From Raillietiella orientalis (taxonomy: Eukaryota): DNA of 64,000 bases. The notes below the pieces were generated by a model. It did no database searches and was not told the origin of the DNA. It was given only the letters and a program-made list of their open reading frames with translations. Shown here one piece after another: positions 60,769 to 64,000 of the stretch. The stretch lies in the NCBI GenBank assembly GCA_036172245.1, contig JAYWIR010000028.1, positions 1,550,001-1,614,000 on the forward strand, read 5' to 3'. The position numbers and the translations under genes were made by a program. Within the stretch, counting starts at the first letter, position 1. Every line of letters starts with the position of its first letter.

Positions 60769-62190
60769 GTGAGTTATTTTTGCAACACTATTTTTAATCC
60801 GTGTCAAAGGCTTCGGCTGCTGGGTGTCCTGGAAACGGGACGAGCTTCCTCCGCGCCTTCCTCGTTGCTCCTCTTCCTCTCCTTCCTGATCCTGCTGCCT
60901 GCGGTGTTTGCTGCGGCACTGCCTTTACTTCCTGATTTCCCCGGGCGCCCGTTCGGACGCAGGTGGCACCCGCAGACGCGGCGGAAGCGCAGAGAAGGGG
61001 GATGCACTCCGGCGTCTCCCCGGAAGGAATCCTCGCGTCCATCTCGGGCAAGGAGCAGAATGCCGGGATTCCTCCGCTGGAGGCGAATCGTGTGGGAGGA
61101 GCTTGCTCGCTTACGTGCTGCACTGACTTCTTACCTGGATCGAGGCCGAGCAGGACTTTTTTTTTTTTTCTTGCACAGTTGCCAGGAAACCTGCTTTCTC
61201 TCTTTTCCTGCATCCTCCTGCTCCCCGTGCTCCTTGCGCGAAAGCGCGCCGCCTTCCCAAAAAGTTTTCGGCGAGGGTTCCGCGTTTTCCTCCCGCCGCT
61301 TCGCTCCCCCCTCCCCCTCGGAGACGCCGTCGCGTTGTCGTGCAGCGTGCGACACAGGAAGGTCAAATCCTACGATGCTCTCGTTGCGTGCTCCCGCTGC
61401 CGAATGGAGGGCCCGGTTGCATCCTCTTCACCGTCGTCGTCTCCCGAGGGGAAGCGCCGTCTTGCAGATGCACCTCTCTTTCGCGGTATCCCGAAATCCT
61501 CTCCTCTTTTTTTTTCCGGCAGCGACTTGGTGACGTTGAACAGTCGGGTCGTGCTGGATGAGCACGCGAGGAGTTCAAAAGATGCTGCGCTAATTTATGG
61601 AGAAAGAATCTCTCTCAGGAAAAGCGCAGCGTTCTGCGGGAGAAAGGAAGAAACAGCCTGTTGCACGGAAGAGAGAGAGGGAGAGAAGGGGGAGAGGGGG
61701 CGAGGAAGTGTACACGCCCCAAGTTACGGCGGAGCACTTCGCTTTCTCGTCACACAAGCATCCAGAATCACGCGTTTACCCGATTGCGCGGGAGGGTCGT
61801 GCATCCCGTTTATTTCCCCTCCTCCCTCCCCTTTAAAAGAGCTCACCGAAGGGGGATGGGGTGAGAGAAGGGGGGGGTCTGGTGCTGCGGGCGCAAAATC
61901 AGTGCCTTCAACAGGAAAAGTTCCGTTCCCCTGCGGGGTGTTTTTTTCCCCTTTCTTCCGAGGTGATAGTATTGAGGAGCTTTGTATCAGTTCTCTCCGG
62001 AAACGAAAAGACCCCACCCCTCCCGTCCTCCCAATCTCCGAAATTGTACTTGCAATGGTGGCGCGTACCTCCTTTACGTTGAAGTGTGAAGGGGACGACG
62101 CGTTCCGCTTGCGTTTTCGGCACGTTTTCCGAAGGATATTTTACTTTTACTCGGGTCGTAGGCGCGCGCATCGCCTACCGCCGATAGTAA

Positions 62191-62408
62191 ACAATGCGTC
62201 CCCCCATTGTTGTCCTACTAGAGCTCTTTCCTCTGGTCCAGAACGTGTGCTCGTCGCGTGATGCCGGCTGCGAGGCGGCAACAATGCGTCCCCCCCCCAT
62301 TGTTGTCCTACTAGAGCTCTTTCCTCTGGTCCAGAACGTGTGCTCGTCGCGTGATGCCGGCTGCGAGGCGGCAACGGCGCGTCCCCCCCCCCATTGTTGT
62401 CGTACTTG
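62191..62408. repeat. Tandem duplication, ~90-bp unit x 2.3
   Basis: 62191-62280 and 62281-62373 are identical except for C-run length; a diverged partial third unit follows. Confidence 0.95.
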
Positions 62409-63484
62409 CTGACGTAACGCGGTCTCGTAGCAACGATGCCGGACGCGTGAAGCTCGTTACGTGATGTTCCCAGCAGCTTTCATCGGGAATCCGCGGTCCT
62501 CCGCGCAAGCGCCGCAAAAAGCTTCCGGTCGCTTGCGAGTCCCTTTCCCAGGACTCTCTCCATGCTGCGGTGTGTTCGACGGAGGTGAACAGTGCCGAGA
62601 AGCCGGACGTGTGTTTGTGTGCAGCACACGAAAACGAAAAAAAGAGAGAAGAGAGATTCTTCCAGATAATTCCAGCGGGCCCTCGTGTGACCCAGGCAGC
62701 TGTAGGAGAGGGGCTGTTGCGCGGCGGTTCCACGCGGAAGGGGTCGCGAGTCTCCGTCGCGGGAGGAGCACGGGTGGCATCTCAGTTTGCGCGGTCGGAT
62801 GGCATTGAGGGGGACCGAGGGGTACCGTTCCTCCCCAAAAGCACGGCCCACGGATAGGTGAGGAGGTAAAGGAGGGCCGACGGGCTGCGCCTGCTGCACG
62901 CAGACCTGGCCTTTCCAGTACTCTCCCAGTCGGTCGCGTCGTCTGCTTCCTCCGCGCTCGCAGTCTTTTTTTTTCCGCCTCCGATCGAAGTCCCGGCGGC
63001 CTTGCAGCCCAGACGGTCGCTCCTGCGTTCGGACCGCTCGCGCGCAGGAAAAGCTTCGTGTTCTTTCCCTCGATGGATCGGGTGAAGCCGACTCTCCCTG
63101 CCTTCGCCACAGCCAGGAACGGGAGGAATGGGTCCCGTCCCGGAAACCCCTCCTCCTTTCGTCCCCCCGAATCTCGGGAGTTTACGGGATGGGAGAGAGC
63201 TCTAAGCAAGGTCGTTGGGACCGTAACCAGGTGATTGCGCTCCGTGACTCCGGACGCAACTTCCGTCTCGTTTGTCTGGCGTCACGCAGCCTAAGGGGGC
63301 GCGTTGCTTCCCTCCGCGGACTAGTCGGCAGCGGGAGCAGCGAACGATCGATCGATGGGGGCGGGGGAGTCCTTTGGTGCTCGCGCCCTTCGCCGTCGAG
63401 AGCGGGGCGGCGGAAACGGGGGGAAGGCGTTTGGCGCCAGGCAGGAAAGGCGCGGTGCTGTCGCTGCCCCCTCGCGCTTGCGGC

Positions 63485-63620
63485 ACCGTGCGGCGGCCAC
63501 GTACGACTGCCGCGCGTGGCGCCGAGCGTTGCCGGTTCGAATCCCCCACGTGGAGGATCGACGCCAAGGATTGGGGGGGGGGGGGGTGCGTCATGGGTTT
63601 CGAGTCCTCCCAGCGGTCCA
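63485..63620 (+). mobile_element. Diverged tRNA-like head of the same family
   Basis: GTGGCGCCGAG-CGTTGCC-GGTTCGAATCCCCCACGTGGAG...GGTGCGTC...TTTCGAGTC aligns with 31055-31120; intact B-box GGTTCGAATCC at 63534-63544. Confidence 0.5.
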
Positions 63621-64000
63621 CCTATCGGCTGGTAGGTCCAGGTGCCGCACCGGTGCGACACGCACCCTTGCGGGAGGGCGCAGGAGAGCTTTGCTTGCAA
63701 CGACTTCTGCTCGAGGCGGAGGGGCGGGACGTTGTCGGCGAGTCGCCAGACTACGGGGTCACCATGTCCTCTTGCGAATGGGAGCAGGAAGGAGGAGGCT
63801 GTCGTCCGTCGGGTCGAGAAAAGGGGGGGGGGGGAGGAAGGAAGGAAGAGGAAAGCGGCAGCCAGCGGGACTTCCGCGGGTGCTCCTCCCAATTCTCCCT
63901 GCCGTTCTCTTTGCTTTCCCTCCAGCGAGAGTGCCGTTTCCATACGATGACAGATTGAGCTCGCAAGGCGGTTCCTGGATCTAGGGAAGCAGCCCCGAGG

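Noticed and set aside
63485..63560. Functional tRNA gene
   Set aside because: The B-box is intact, but I could not fold a convincing acceptor or D stem and there is no T-run terminator; the sequence belongs to a dispersed repeat.
50500..64000. Many long overlapping ORFs (200-432 aa, e.g. 60963-62261, 58145-58945, 52188-52964)
   Set aside because: R/G/P/S-rich low-complexity translations open in several frames on both strands, as expected from high GC. They cross homopolymers and contain no recognisable domain.

Overview
Eukaryotic genomic DNA, most likely from an arthropod judging by the CREB sequence. The one unambiguous gene is a CREB/CrebB-family bZIP transcription factor on the + strand (CDS 19212-20784, six coding exons, 363 aa). 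Four of its five CDS introns are only 42-44 nt, and it sits in a sharply bounded AT-rich, CpG-depleted island that suggests gene-body methylation. Most of the rest is CpG-rich, homopolymer-rich intergenic DNA full of decayed non-LTR retrotransposon pieces. These are mainly one L1/Tx1-type LINE family that can be pieced together from several copies: tRNA-like 5' head, GC-rich body, A-rich spacer, APE-RT-zinc finger ORF2, and a 3' stem-loop with compensatory changes. Internally deleted and SINE-like derivatives and a possible Penelope-like remnant are also present. The right third holds five perfect palindromic CRE sites (TGACGTCA), most followed by a strong + strand splice donor, leading to a candidate exon for an unrecognised secreted Cys-rich protein (60584-60768) that probably continues past the window. 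Transposon calls rest on degenerate motifs read by eye and have approximate boundaries. Nearly all long ORFs in the supplied track look like by-products of GC content.
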